Origin: Spirochaetia bacterium | GTDB taxonomy: Bacteria; Spirochaetota; Spirochaetia; DSM-2461 | Assembly (NCBI GenBank): GCA_963666985.2 | Contig: CAXXIA010000001.1 | Location: forward strand, 320,001 to 384,000 | DNA length: 64,000 nt | Direction: 5' to 3' | Shown here: one piece after another, positions 1 to 9,078 of the stretch | Numbering within the stretch: position 1 is the stretch's first letter | Layout: the number at the start of each line of letters is the position of its first letter | Notes under the pieces: model-generated | Told to the model about the DNA's origin: nothing | The model's database searches: none | Seen by the model: only the letters and a program-made list of their open reading frames with translations | Translations under genes and position numbers: made by a program

Positions 1-13
1 CAAGAATCCCGGG

Positions 14-532
14 GTGGAGGCGAGTCTTGTCGGTTCCTCCCATGATCCGATTCGATTCCGTTCGGGGCTGCCTCAATCCGTTTCAGGATTTTTTCGCTTA
101 AACGGTATAACGCTCGCGGAGCCGAACGGCAGACAAGACGCCGTCGGCATCGACGGAAGAGGAACGCTGTTTCTTCTTCGGCCGGAGGCGCAAAAAGGCT
201 GGATGGAAGACGCGGTGGCCGGTTTTTACGCCGTTCTTTCCAACGGAGAAATCTTAAATCCCGTTGAAGAGCGTGATGCCGTTGGTGCACTGGGCTGGTC
301 AAAAGACTCCTCGGCGATTTTCTTCTTTGTTTCCCGGGGACATAAGGGAAAGGGTTTTACGTATCGGGAAGTCGGCGAAATACTACGCGCTCTCGGTGCC
401 GAGAACGCCCTGGCGATGGACGGCGGCGGATCGGTCCGGCTTGTTTGGAGAGAAGGTGAAGATATTATCAGTTTTCCCGACAAACCGCTCTATAGGGCCG
501 TACCGAATCGGCTGGTGTTTATTCGGCGCTGA
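14..532 (+). CDS. Phosphodiester glycosidase (NAGPA/DUF2233-like) family protein, probably the C-terminal part of a gene starting left of the window
   Basis: Family motif ALAMDGGGS and C-terminal RAVPN. The GTG start is at the window edge, so the true start is uncertain. Confidence 0.7.
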   Translation: MEASLVGSSHDPIRFRSGLPQSVSGFFRLNGITLAEPNGRQDAVGIDGRGTLFLLRPEAQKGWMEDAVAGFYAVLSNGEILNPVEERDAVGALGWSKDSSAIFFFVSRGHKGKGFTYREVGEILRALGAENALAMDGGGSVRLVWREGEDIISFPDKPLYRAVPNRLVFIRR

Positions 533-620
533 GGATGCTGAATTATTCGTATAGCCGAAGATGACATTGGAAAAGAACTCTTTTCAGATCGATCCGTATA
601 ATTCTCAGTTTCTCCGAATA

Positions 621-1406
621 CTATTCTGAAAAGCCCTTTTTAGAACCGAGGATTCGGGAGATCTCCTTTCCCGCAAGCAGGACTTCTTCCGTTAATCGCT
701 CCATATCCGCAAGGATGCGGTCTTTGGGACCCGAAATACCGATCGCCGCCTCTATTTTCCCTTCAAAGCTGTAAATCGGAGAAGCGATGCAATGGACATA
801 ATTCTCGTATTCTTCCAAATCGTAGGCAAATCCCTGTTGTTCAACCTTCCTCAGTTCTTTTTCTATTGATTCGATATTAACGATTGTATTCTCGGTATAT
901 TTCCGAAGATCGACTTTTTCAAGAAGCTCGAAGAGTTCCTTAACGGGAAGATCACAAATAAGACATTTCCCTACGGCCGTACAATACAATTCTTCACTGT
1001 CTCCGATGTTCGTGTTCGCGGCGATGGTGTTCGCCGCTCTCTCTCTGTCGATAAAAATCGCCCGTGTGCCCGAGCGTACGGCCAGATGAGCGTTTTCATG
1101 CGTTGTTTGCGCGAGTGATTTGAGAAACGGCGAGGTGATATCGGTGATTTTGATCTGATCCCGAAGAGCTCCCGCGAGTCTGAACACTCCATAGCCCAGC
1201 CGATAACTCTTTTTTGATTCATCTTGGCGGACCAAGTCGTGGTTCGCCAGGGTGGCCAGGAGTCTGAACGCGGAACTTTTATCCACGGAGATATAATCCG
1301 CGAGTTCGGATGATCCTAAAGACAGTTCCGGACTGTCGGCGATTTTTTCCAATAAACGAAGCGCTCTGTCTACGGATTGAACGGTTGTGTTGTCTCTCTC
1401 GGGCAT
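621..1406 (-). CDS. IclR-family transcriptional regulator
   Basis: N-terminal VQSVDRALRLLE HTH, LYCTAVGKCL, and C-terminal CIASPI...AAIGISGP. Start moved to ATG 1406 because the GTG at 1421 lies inside the promoter. Confidence 0.95.
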   Translation of the reverse strand: MPERDNTTVQSVDRALRLLEKIADSPELSLGSSELADYISVDKSSAFRLLATLANHDLVRQDESKKSYRLGYGVFRLAGALRDQIKITDITSPFLKSLAQTTHENAHLAVRSGTRAIFIDRERAANTIAANTNIGDSEELYCTAVGKCLICDLPVKELFELLEKVDLRKYTENTIVNIESIEKELRKVEQQGFAYDLEEYENYVHCIASPIYSFEGKIEAAIGISGPKDRILADMERLTEEVLLAGKEISRILGSKKGFSE

Positions 1407-1412
1407 GGACGA

Positions 1413-1484
1413 AGAATACACTTATGCGGGCGATAGGTCAATTTTTGATTGACTTATGCGCAATGTGGATGCATAATACGCATC
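1413..1484. promoter_or_regulatory. Back-to-back sigma70-type promoters with candidate IclR operator palindromes
   Basis: Minus strand: TTGACC(1441-1436)-17 nt-TATTCT(1418-1413). Plus strand: TTGACT(1449-1454)-17 nt-CATAAT(1472-1477). Inverted repeats TTATGC-N11-GCATAA (1454-1476) and GATGC-N7-GCATC (1468-1484) overlap the plus-strand promoter. Confidence 0.75.
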
Positions 1485-1485
1485 A

Positions 1486-2322
1486 ATGAAGCACGATGTC
1501 ACAGATAAAGATCTTCGTATCGTTTCGAGAGACTTGAGAAAGCTGATAATCGAAACGACTCATCATGCCGGTATGGGGCATACGGGCGGTTCCCTTTCGG
1601 AAGTGGAAATTCTCGCGGCCCTTTACTTTCGCGTTTTACGCGGTCTTAATCCGGGTGGTGCGGAAGATCCGAAGCGTGATCGGTTCATTCTTTCAAAGGG
1701 ACATGCGACTCCGGGATATTACGGCATTCTTGCTCTGCGGGGATTCTTTCCCGTAGAGGAACTGATGAGTTTCGACAGTTTGGGCTCCCGACTTCAGGCG
1801 CATCCCGATATGAAGAAAACACCGGGAGTCGACATGTCCACGGGTTCTCTTGGTCAGGGGCTTTCCTGCGGTATCGGTTTTGCGGCGGCGGCGGCCAGGG
1901 ACGAATCCCTTGGCGGATTTGTGACATTCGTCCTTATGGGCGACGGGGAAATGCAGGAAGGACAGGTTTGGGAGGCCGCGCTCTATGCCGGCTCCAGGCA
2001 TTTGCCGGGTCTCGTCGCCATAGTGGATGCAAACGGACTTCAGCTTGCCTCGACGGTTTCCGACTCATCCAATCCCGAACCGATCAACGCCAAATGGAGA
2101 TCATTCGGATGGATGGTTTTCGAAGCCGACGGACATAACCCCGAGGAACTTGCTGAAGTTCTTGAGGCGGCGCGGGCTGCATCCAAGGACGGTCCCGCCG
2201 CGGTTATTGCCAGAACCGTTAAAGGAAAAGGGGTTTCGTTTATGGAGGGACGTCCGGAATGGCACGGCAAAGCACCGGACGATTCCGAAAAAGATGCCGC
2301 GCTTAAGGAGATTCTTTCTTGA
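1486..2322 (+). CDS. Transketolase N-terminal subunit (split transketolase)
   Basis: GHTGGSLS, RDRFILSKGH, STGSLGQGL, TPP motif GDGEMQEGQVWEAA, TVKGKG. Confidence 0.95.
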   Translation: MKHDVTDKDLRIVSRDLRKLIIETTHHAGMGHTGGSLSEVEILAALYFRVLRGLNPGGAEDPKRDRFILSKGHATPGYYGILALRGFFPVEELMSFDSLGSRLQAHPDMKKTPGVDMSTGSLGQGLSCGIGFAAAAARDESLGGFVTFVLMGDGEMQEGQVWEAALYAGSRHLPGLVAIVDANGLQLASTVSDSSNPEPINAKWRSFGWMVFEADGHNPEELAEVLEAARAASKDGPAAVIARTVKGKGVSFMEGRPEWHGKAPDDSEKDAALKEILS

Positions 2323-3299
2323 TTGGTGAACGAATTGCTCAGCGTCGAGCCTTCGGCCGGGCCCTTGTCGAGATGGCGCCGGACTATCCGAAAATGCTTG
2401 TTCTGGACCCGGATGTCTGTACATCCACGCAGACAGCCCTTTTCAGGGAAGCATTTCCGGAACGTTTTTTACCGATGGGTATTGCCGAGGCCAATGCCGT
2501 CTCGGCGGCAGCCGGACTGGCCTGCTGCGGATTCATTCCCTGGGTTTCGGCTTTTTCCGTGTTTCTCGCGGCGCGGGCCCTGGATCAAATTCGGGTTTCC
2601 GTTGCCCAGACCGGACTTCCCGTTAAGCTGAACGCGGCTTACGGTGGGCTTCCTTCCGGCCGCGGCGGTGCGACGCATTCCTCCGTGGAGGATCTTGCGG
2701 TGATGAGATCCCTGCCGGGGATGACGGTTCTGTGTCCGGCCGATGCCGTTGAAGCCGGGGCGATGGCCCGTGAGGCCATGCGGATATCCGGTCCTGTTTA
2801 TCTGCGGACGGTTCGCTGCGAAGTTCCGACGATCTTTGAAGACGATTTCCGTCCGGAAATAGGCAAGGCTGTGGTTCTGAACGAAGGTTCGGATGTCGCC
2901 ATTGTGTCCGAGGGGATGATGAGCGCCCGTGCTCTCGAGGCGGCGAAAATTTTAAAAAACGAGGGACTCGGGGTTCGAGTTCTTCATGTGGGTACGATCA
3001 AGCCGCTGGATGAAGCGGCGATAATCAAGGCTTCAAGGGAGTGCGGGGCCCTCCTTACAGTGGAAAATCATTCCGTTCTCGGAGGTCTTGGGGGTGCCGT
3101 CTGTGAAATTTTGGCGGAATCGGCACCTTGCCGGGTTCGCCGTCTCGGGTTTCCCGACGTTTTTATGGAATCGGGAGATGATGAGGCGATTTTTTCCCGT
3201 TTCGGATTGGATGCCGAAGGAATCGCCGAAGCCGCCCGGAATCTTGCCGGAATAGAGGAACAATCAGGAGAAGGCCATGAACATAGCCGTAATCAATGA
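2319..3299 (+). CDS. Transketolase C-terminal subunit
   Basis: MGIAEAN, GGATHSSVED, TIKPLD, TVENH..GGLG. TTGA overlap with the upstream gene. Confidence 0.95.
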   Translation: MIGERIAQRRAFGRALVEMAPDYPKMLVLDPDVCTSTQTALFREAFPERFLPMGIAEANAVSAAAGLACCGFIPWVSAFSVFLAARALDQIRVSVAQTGLPVKLNAAYGGLPSGRGGATHSSVEDLAVMRSLPGMTVLCPADAVEAGAMAREAMRISGPVYLRTVRCEVPTIFEDDFRPEIGKAVVLNEGSDVAIVSEGMMSARALEAAKILKNEGLGVRVLHVGTIKPLDEAAIIKASRECGALLTVENHSVLGGLGGAVCEILAESAPCRVRRLGFPDVFMESGDDEAIFSRFGLDAEGIAEAARNLAGIEEQSGEGHEHSRNQ

Positions 3300-3885
3300 G
3301 GTGAGCGCCGCGCATAGGAATAAGGATATCCTGGATGCGCTTGAAGGACGGGGACACCGGATTTACAACTGCGGAATGACCGGAAAGGACACGGGTGATG
3401 AACTTAATTATCTTCATACCGGATTTCTTGCCGGTTATCTGCTTGAAAAGAATCTTGTCGATCTTGTCGTGGGAGGATGCGGAACCGGGCAGGGATTTCT
3501 TAATTCCGCATTACAGTATCCCGGGGTTGTCTGCGGATTGATCCGGACGCCGCTGGATGCCGTTCTGTTCGCCAGAATTAACGGCGGAAACTGCATTAGT
3601 CTGGCGCTGAATGAGGGATACGGATGGGGAGGAGAACTCAATCTTTCTCTGATTTTCAACGCGTTTTTTTCCTCCGAAATCGGTTCGGGATTTCCCGAAC
3701 ACAGGAAGGAGCCCCAGCGGGAATCACGTCGGGCGCTGAATGGAATTTCCGCAGCCTCCCATAAAAATTGGGACGATATTCTCGCAAGCTTGTCCGATGA
3801 TTTTGTTCGGCATTGCCTTTCCTTTCCCGCGACCGGCAGCCTGCTCGGCGGAGAGAAGAACGGCGGGAACGGGCTTTCCCGATGA
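3277..3885 (+). CDS. RpiB/LacA/LacB-family sugar(-acid) isomerase (long DUF3666/DhuI-like type)
   Basis: GGCGTGQG catalytic motif, INGGNCISL, GYGWGGELNL. SD GGAGAAGG. Confidence 0.85.
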   Translation: MNIAVINEVSAAHRNKDILDALEGRGHRIYNCGMTGKDTGDELNYLHTGFLAGYLLEKNLVDLVVGGCGTGQGFLNSALQYPGVVCGLIRTPLDAVLFARINGGNCISLALNEGYGWGGELNLSLIFNAFFSSEIGSGFPEHRKEPQRESRRALNGISAASHKNWDDILASLSDDFVRHCLSFPATGSLLGGEKNGGNGLSR

Positions 3886-5786
3886 GTAACGGCGTTCGTT
3901 CTTTCCGGGAACAGCGTGCGGCCGCCGTTGCCGATGCCGGCGGACTGGAAGAAGCCGTTCGGGCCGGAGCGTTTGCGGCTGTAGAGGGAATGACTGTTTC
4001 GGAAGCACTTGTTCTCGGGTTTCTCCGCCAGGGAGTCAGGAAATATATCGGCGTCTTCGGGCACGGATCGACGGAGCTTGGAGAAGCGCTCAGGATTTAC
4101 GAAAGCGCCGGTCTTGTGGAAGTTTATAATGTCCGAAGCGAAATTGAAGCGTCCCACGCCGCTTCCGCATTGAAGCATACTTACGGCGAGACCGCCGCGG
4201 TCTTTACATCCATCGGTCCCGGGGCCCTTCAGGCGCTCTCCGCCTCCTTGGTCGGTCAATCGGACGGACTTGGAATCTACTACCTTTTCGGCGACGAGAC
4301 GACGCACGACGAGGGATACAACATGCAGCAGATTCCGGGCCCGGGACAAGCGCAATTCCTTAAGCTCACCTCCGTCATGGGCGCCTCCTATCAGCTTCAT
4401 ACCGGCGAGGCCCTTCCCTCCGCCCTTAAGAAAGGAATAGCGACGGTTTTTAATCCCGAAGGAGCCCGGCCGTTTTATCTTCTGCTTCCCATGAATGTGC
4501 AAGGACAATCTCTGGACGGATTCAATATCGGGGAGTTGCCTCGGATTCCGGAAATCCATACCGTCATGCCTTCGGGAAATACGGCATACGAGCGTGCCGT
4601 GGACATAATTGCCGGAGCGGAAAAAACAGTTGTAAAAGTCGGGAACGGAGCCATGGTGCTTGCCGATTCCTGCGGACATTCCGCTCGGCTTTCCGAATTT
4701 CTGCAGCGGGCCGATGCTGTATTCGTCCACGGGCCGCAGGCGGTCGGGCTTCTTTCGGGAGATCATCCGCGAAACATGACGATCGGGGGCAGTAAGGGAT
4801 CCATTTCCGGAAATTATGCCATGTCGGAAGCCGATCTTGTCATTACCGTTGGCGCCCGGGCCGTCTGTCAATGGGATTCATCAGGGACCGCATGGAAGAA
4901 CGTTCGAAAAATTATTTCCATCAATACCCGGACCGAGGATGCGTTTCATTATAACCGGACTTTTCCCCTTATCGGGGATGCCGCGGAGGTTATTGCCGCT
5001 TTAGTCGCCGTTATGAAGATGCGCGGTCTGGACAAGGGAAAAACACCTTCTCCGTGGTTCCTTTCCTGCGCGGAGAAAAAAACCGATTGGGAAGCATTGC
5101 TTGCTTCCAGGACAAGCGGGCCGCCGCTTATGGATTCCAAATTCGACGAAGAGGTGCTCACGCAGCCGGCGGCCATCGCCGAGGTTCTTGATTTCTGCCG
5201 GAGCATCGATGCGGTGAAATACTTTGATGCCGGAGATGTTCAGGCAAATGGTTTCCAGTTGACGGAAGACGATAGGCCGGGCATGACCTTCACGGAGACC
5301 GGTGCCTCGTACATGGGGTTCGCGGCTTCGGCCGTCCTCGCATCGGCCATCGCGGACTCGGGCCGATACGGTGTGGCCTTCACCGGAGACGGGAGCTTCA
5401 TGATGAATCCGCAGGTTCTTATTGATGCTTCGGCTCTCGGCGTACACGGGATGATCGTTGTATTCGATAATCGGCGGATGGCCGCGATATCAAGTTTGCA
5501 GGAACAGCAGTACGGCTTCGAATTCCGCACAGACGATCAGGTGGCCGTTGATTACGCGGAAATGGCGGGCTGTGTCGACGGGGTGAAGGGCTTTCGGGGA
5601 GGACGCACAAGGAAAGCTCTTCGGGAAACGCTTCGTTTGGCACATGGCTTCGGAGGGCTCTCTCTGGTTCATCTTCCGGTCTATTACGGCCCGGATGAAC
5701 GCGGCGGTTTGGGAGCCTACGGTGATTGGAACGTCGGCAGCTGGTGCACGGCCGTTCAGGCCGAAAAGCATCGAATAGGGCTGTAG
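3882..5786 (+). CDS. TPP-dependent enzyme, IolD-like (cyclic dione hydrolase / acetolactate synthase superfamily)
   Basis: GVFGHGS and TSIGPGA resemble IolD. TPP motif GDGSFMM...DN. Start set at ATG 3882 (ATGA overlap). Confidence 0.8.
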   Translation: MSNGVRSFREQRAAAVADAGGLEEAVRAGAFAAVEGMTVSEALVLGFLRQGVRKYIGVFGHGSTELGEALRIYESAGLVEVYNVRSEIEASHAASALKHTYGETAAVFTSIGPGALQALSASLVGQSDGLGIYYLFGDETTHDEGYNMQQIPGPGQAQFLKLTSVMGASYQLHTGEALPSALKKGIATVFNPEGARPFYLLLPMNVQGQSLDGFNIGELPRIPEIHTVMPSGNTAYERAVDIIAGAEKTVVKVGNGAMVLADSCGHSARLSEFLQRADAVFVHGPQAVGLLSGDHPRNMTIGGSKGSISGNYAMSEADLVITVGARAVCQWDSSGTAWKNVRKIISINTRTEDAFHYNRTFPLIGDAAEVIAALVAVMKMRGLDKGKTPSPWFLSCAEKKTDWEALLASRTSGPPLMDSKFDEEVLTQPAAIAEVLDFCRSIDAVKYFDAGDVQANGFQLTEDDRPGMTFTETGASYMGFAASAVLASAIADSGRYGVAFTGDGSFMMNPQVLIDASALGVHGMIVVFDNRRMAAISSLQEQQYGFEFRTDDQVAVDYAEMAGCVDGVKGFRGGRTRKALRETLRLAHGFGGLSLVHLPVYYGPDERGGLGAYGDWNVGSWCTAVQAEKHRIGL

Positions 5787-5800
5787 AAGAGGAGGGGTGA

Positions 5801-6973
5801 ATGAATCGGTTGGGAGTTGCCGTTGTCGGATGCGGGAGAATCTCCGATCTTCATGCGGCGGCGTATCAAGAACATCCCGATGCACGAATAGCGGCTGTTT
5901 GCGACATTGACGCGGCCGCGGCTCGGAAAAAAGCCGAATTATGGGGCGCGGAAAGCTTCACGGACAGTTTTAATGAGGTTCTGGCGAATCCGTCGGTGGA
6001 TGCCGTTGAGATTCTTGTGCCGACCCGGCTTCATGAAGAATACACGGTAAAGGCCTTGGCCGCCGGAAAGAACGTTTCCGTGCAGAAGCCCATGGCGGTG
6101 AATCTGAAAAGCGCCGACAGGATGCTCGCCGCGGCGCGCCGTGCGGGCAAACTGCTGAAGGTCGCGGAGAACTATGCCTTTTTTCCGCCGTTGGTTACGG
6201 CAAAAAAGATTCTCGAAGATGGGGTAATCGGTGAACCGACGAGCCTGAGAATGAAAATGATTGCCGGAACGGGCGGATGGTCCGTTCCGGCTGCGGCTTG
6301 GTCATGGCGTCTTAAGGATCTCGCGGACGGAATGGGACTCCATACATTCGATCACGGACATCATATGTGGGCTTCGGCGTACTATCTTTTGGGACGATTC
6401 GATGCGGTGACGGCATGGATTGATGAAACCAATCGGATTATCGATTCTCCGGCGGTGGTGCAGTGGCGGCATGAATCGGCGAAGAGATACGGCCAATGCG
6501 AATTTCAGTACGGACCGGAAATACCGATTCCCTCGCCGTATTACGCCGACACTCAATGGTTCGACATCGCGGGAACCAAGGGTGTTATTGTGGTGAATCG
6601 GGGAACCTCCGGAATCATCGATGCTCCTGCGGTTCAGGTTTATTCCGGAGGAGTCTGGAAGGATTACGATGTTGAGCGGGATTGGGGCTCCGGTTTTATC
6701 GGTTCCTCCCGTAATTTTATCAACGCATTGATCGGCAGAGAAAAACCTTTATTGAATATGGAAGAAGGACGGCATGTGCTGGCGGCCACAATCGCCATAG
6801 CCAAGGCGAGCCGAAAGTACAGAACGGTCTATCTTGAAGAGCTCGATCGAATATTTCCGGGAGCTTACGCCCTGCGTCGGCGGGGGAACGATCGCCGGGA
6901 AAAGGCTCGGTTTCTTAAGGAGTTAACGGTTTCCATTCGGAAAGAGGATGTAACAGGCGAGAATCTTACTTAG
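5801..6973 (+). CDS. Gfo/Idh/MocA-family oxidoreductase
   Basis: VVGCGRIS Rossmann motif, VQKP (variant of CEKP), DHGHH. SD GGAGG. Confidence 0.93.
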   Translation: MNRLGVAVVGCGRISDLHAAAYQEHPDARIAAVCDIDAAAARKKAELWGAESFTDSFNEVLANPSVDAVEILVPTRLHEEYTVKALAAGKNVSVQKPMAVNLKSADRMLAAARRAGKLLKVAENYAFFPPLVTAKKILEDGVIGEPTSLRMKMIAGTGGWSVPAAAWSWRLKDLADGMGLHTFDHGHHMWASAYYLLGRFDAVTAWIDETNRIIDSPAVVQWRHESAKRYGQCEFQYGPEIPIPSPYYADTQWFDIAGTKGVIVVNRGTSGIIDAPAVQVYSGGVWKDYDVERDWGSGFIGSSRNFINALIGREKPLLNMEEGRHVLAATIAIAKASRKYRTVYLEELDRIFPGAYALRRRGNDRREKARFLKELTVSIRKEDVTGENLT

Positions 6974-6989
6974 TGCGGGAACAATTTTG

Positions 6990-7076
6990 TTGACAGCGCC
7001 TTAAGGGTATGGAAAAATGAAATTGGTAAGATAACTTTACCTAAAATCCAAAATTGGTCATGTAGGTATACCAATT
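6990..7076 (+). promoter_or_regulatory. Promoter with two tandem FadR/GntR-type operators
   Basis: TTGACA(6990-6995)-17 nt-AAAAAT. Operators AATTGGT-N11-ACCTAAA (7021-7045) and AATTGGT-N11-ACCAATT (7052-7076). A FadR-type regulator is encoded in the operon. Confidence 0.7.
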
Positions 7077-7098
7077 TATGTGTTTTAAGGAGACATGA

Positions 7099-9078
7099 GT
7101 GGGTTTAATCGCCGATAAAAAGACGATTCTCGAAAAAGAATTCCTTGTGAACTTCCGGAATCGTGCGTTGGACGACGGGATTTCAGCTAAGGATATTGAG
7201 GAGGGACTTAAAGTCCTTTGCTACACCTGCAATACATCCGATGTTATCGGATTCGCTCTGAAAACCCTTGATCTTTCCTGTGTTGTTGAAGTGGACGAAC
7301 GGACGTGGTCCTTGGTGTTCGCCGGCGGCTTCTGTTCGCTTTATTCGGACGCCGTCGCTCTTCCGGACATGACAATGACTATGCGCGGCGATATCGCCGT
7401 AGGACTGATAACGGGCCGGATTAATTCCGGTGTCGCTTTTATGTGCGGTGATTTGCTTTATCGAGGGAAAAAGAACGCCGCTTTGAATTTCCAGGCCGTA
7501 TGCGAACTGTTTCTCGACGAATCGGGTCTTTCCGAAAGTTCAAGAGAAGACGCCCCATCCGCTTTGAAAAAAGCCGAAGGAAGCAAAGGCGCTCTGAAGT
7601 TCGGGGTTGTCGGCGGCGGAAGCGCGTTTACATTCCATTACGAGGCCGTAAAAGAGTCGGATCTTCTTCAATTTACCGCCATCTATGACGCGAATATCGA
7701 TAACGCCCGGAAGGTCGCGAAGAGGGTAACAGGCGCTCCTTTGACCGTGTATGAAACCCTCGACGATATGCTCGCTTCGGATATCGACGGTGTTTTGGTG
7801 ATTGTTCCTCATCTTTATCACGAACAAATTGTTATCGCGTGTTTGGAGAAGAGAAAGCATGTTCTTTGCGAAAAGCCCATGGCCACGACGGTCGAAGCCT
7901 GTCGGAACATGATCGAAGCCGCAAAGAGAAACAACGTTCGTTTCATGATCGCCGAGAACCATCGTTTCTTACCGGCGCATAACGTTATGAAGCAGGCCGT
8001 CGAAGACGGCTTGGTCGGGGATATTCTGATGGTTCGCGCCTATGAAGGCGTCAATGAGATTCCCGGCTTAAGTACCAGCGGCTTCTGGAAGGGCGATCCG
8101 ATTAAAGCCGGCGGCGGCTCTCTCATGGATATGGGAGCTCATAAATTCGCCACGATCGAGTACCTCTTGAACAGCCGATGCACGTCGGTAACGGCGATGC
8201 TCGCCAAACAGGCGATAAACCTTCCCGAGAAGGCCGAAGATAACGCCGTCGCCATGATGAATTTCGAAAACGGAGCCATCGGTGAACTGACCGTAAGCTT
8301 CACACAGATGACTCCGCCGTATAACAGCATGGAAATCTACGGGACCGAAGGCACCATTCTCGAAAATCACGCCTGGGAGAATCCCGTTCGGATTTATTCG
8401 TTCAATAAGTCCGCTCCTTCTCCTCAGACATGGTACGAACCGGAAGTGGAGCATGCGCCTTTCCCCGGATATTACCCGATTTCCGTCAGGCGCGAAGACG
8501 AGCACTTCGCACGATGTATTTTGGAAGAGAAAAATCCGGAATTTACACCGGAAGACGCGATGAGCGCCATCGTCTGCATCCTCGCCGGTTATCTCTCTTC
8601 CATCGAAAAGCGTCCCGTGACGCGTGAAGAAATCATGAATCTCTCCGATCAGGGGCGAACGGGTGAAATCCTGGAGCGTCTGGCGGAGTCCATACCTATC
8701 AACAGCAAGCTTGCGGAGGTGAAAAGCGTGCAACCAGTCGGTTATGCCAAAGATAAAGCGGCATCCCTTATGAAGAAGAACAATCTCGATTTATTAATCG
8801 CGACCTCACCGGTGAATGTTTACTATTTATCCGGCCTGCCTGTCATGCACAGTGCTCCCAATCCCATTTTGGAAGCCTTGGCGAATCAATATCCGAATAT
8901 CGCCGCGATTCGAAAGGGCGGTGAGGGAACCGTGTTTCATTGGGATGTTTTCAGGAGCGTCGGAGAGTTCTGCTGGGTACCCCGAGAGTGTCGGAATCGA
9001 CAGCAGGGCAAGTCTTCAGTCGGCCCTGGCTCTGCAGATAAAAAAATGGGGCTTGGTCGGAAAGAGAGTCGGTGTTGA
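7099..9078 (+). CDS. Fusion protein: SCP2 (sterol-carrier-like) domain + Gfo/Idh/MocA oxidoreductase + creatinase/prolidase N-domain; frame breaks at about 8980
   Basis: N-terminus PDMTMTM..D....LITGRINSGVAFMCGDL.YRG (SCP2-like). FGVVGGG, HVLCEKP, DMGAH (Gfo). LDLLIATSPVNVYYLSG (creatinase N-domain). Confidence 0.85.
   Translation: MGLIADKKTILEKEFLVNFRNRALDDGISAKDIEEGLKVLCYTCNTSDVIGFALKTLDLSCVVEVDERTWSLVFAGGFCSLYSDAVALPDMTMTMRGDIAVGLITGRINSGVAFMCGDLLYRGKKNAALNFQAVCELFLDESGLSESSREDAPSALKKAEGSKGALKFGVVGGGSAFTFHYEAVKESDLLQFTAIYDANIDNARKVAKRVTGAPLTVYETLDDMLASDIDGVLVIVPHLYHEQIVIACLEKRKHVLCEKPMATTVEACRNMIEAAKRNNVRFMIAENHRFLPAHNVMKQAVEDGLVGDILMVRAYEGVNEIPGLSTSGFWKGDPIKAGGGSLMDMGAHKFATIEYLLNSRCTSVTAMLAKQAINLPEKAEDNAVAMMNFENGAIGELTVSFTQMTPPYNSMEIYGTEGTILENHAWENPVRIYSFNKSAPSPQTWYEPEVEHAPFPGYYPISVRREDEHFARCILEEKNPEFTPEDAMSAIVCILAGYLSSIEKRPVTREEIMNLSDQGRTGEILERLAESIPINSKLAEVKSVQPVGYAKDKAASLMKKNNLDLLIATSPVNVYYLSGLPVMHSAPNPILEALANQYPNIAAIRKGGEGTVFHWDVFRSVGEFCWVPRECRNRQQGKSSVGPGSADKKMGLGRKESRC

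Noticed and set aside
3435..4871. 478-aa minus-strand ORF, and similar long antisense ORFs (13322-14428, 24816-25856, 34752-35954, 36876-37796, 47690-48574, 49914-50798)
   Set aside because: They lie fully opposite well-supported genes and have no motifs. They are typical shadow ORFs caused by codon bias.
8816..8983. N-terminal part of ORF 8816-9856 as a real start
   Set aside because: It is out of frame with the creatinase N-domain, which is encoded in the 7099 frame. Homology in this frame begins only after the C4 run.
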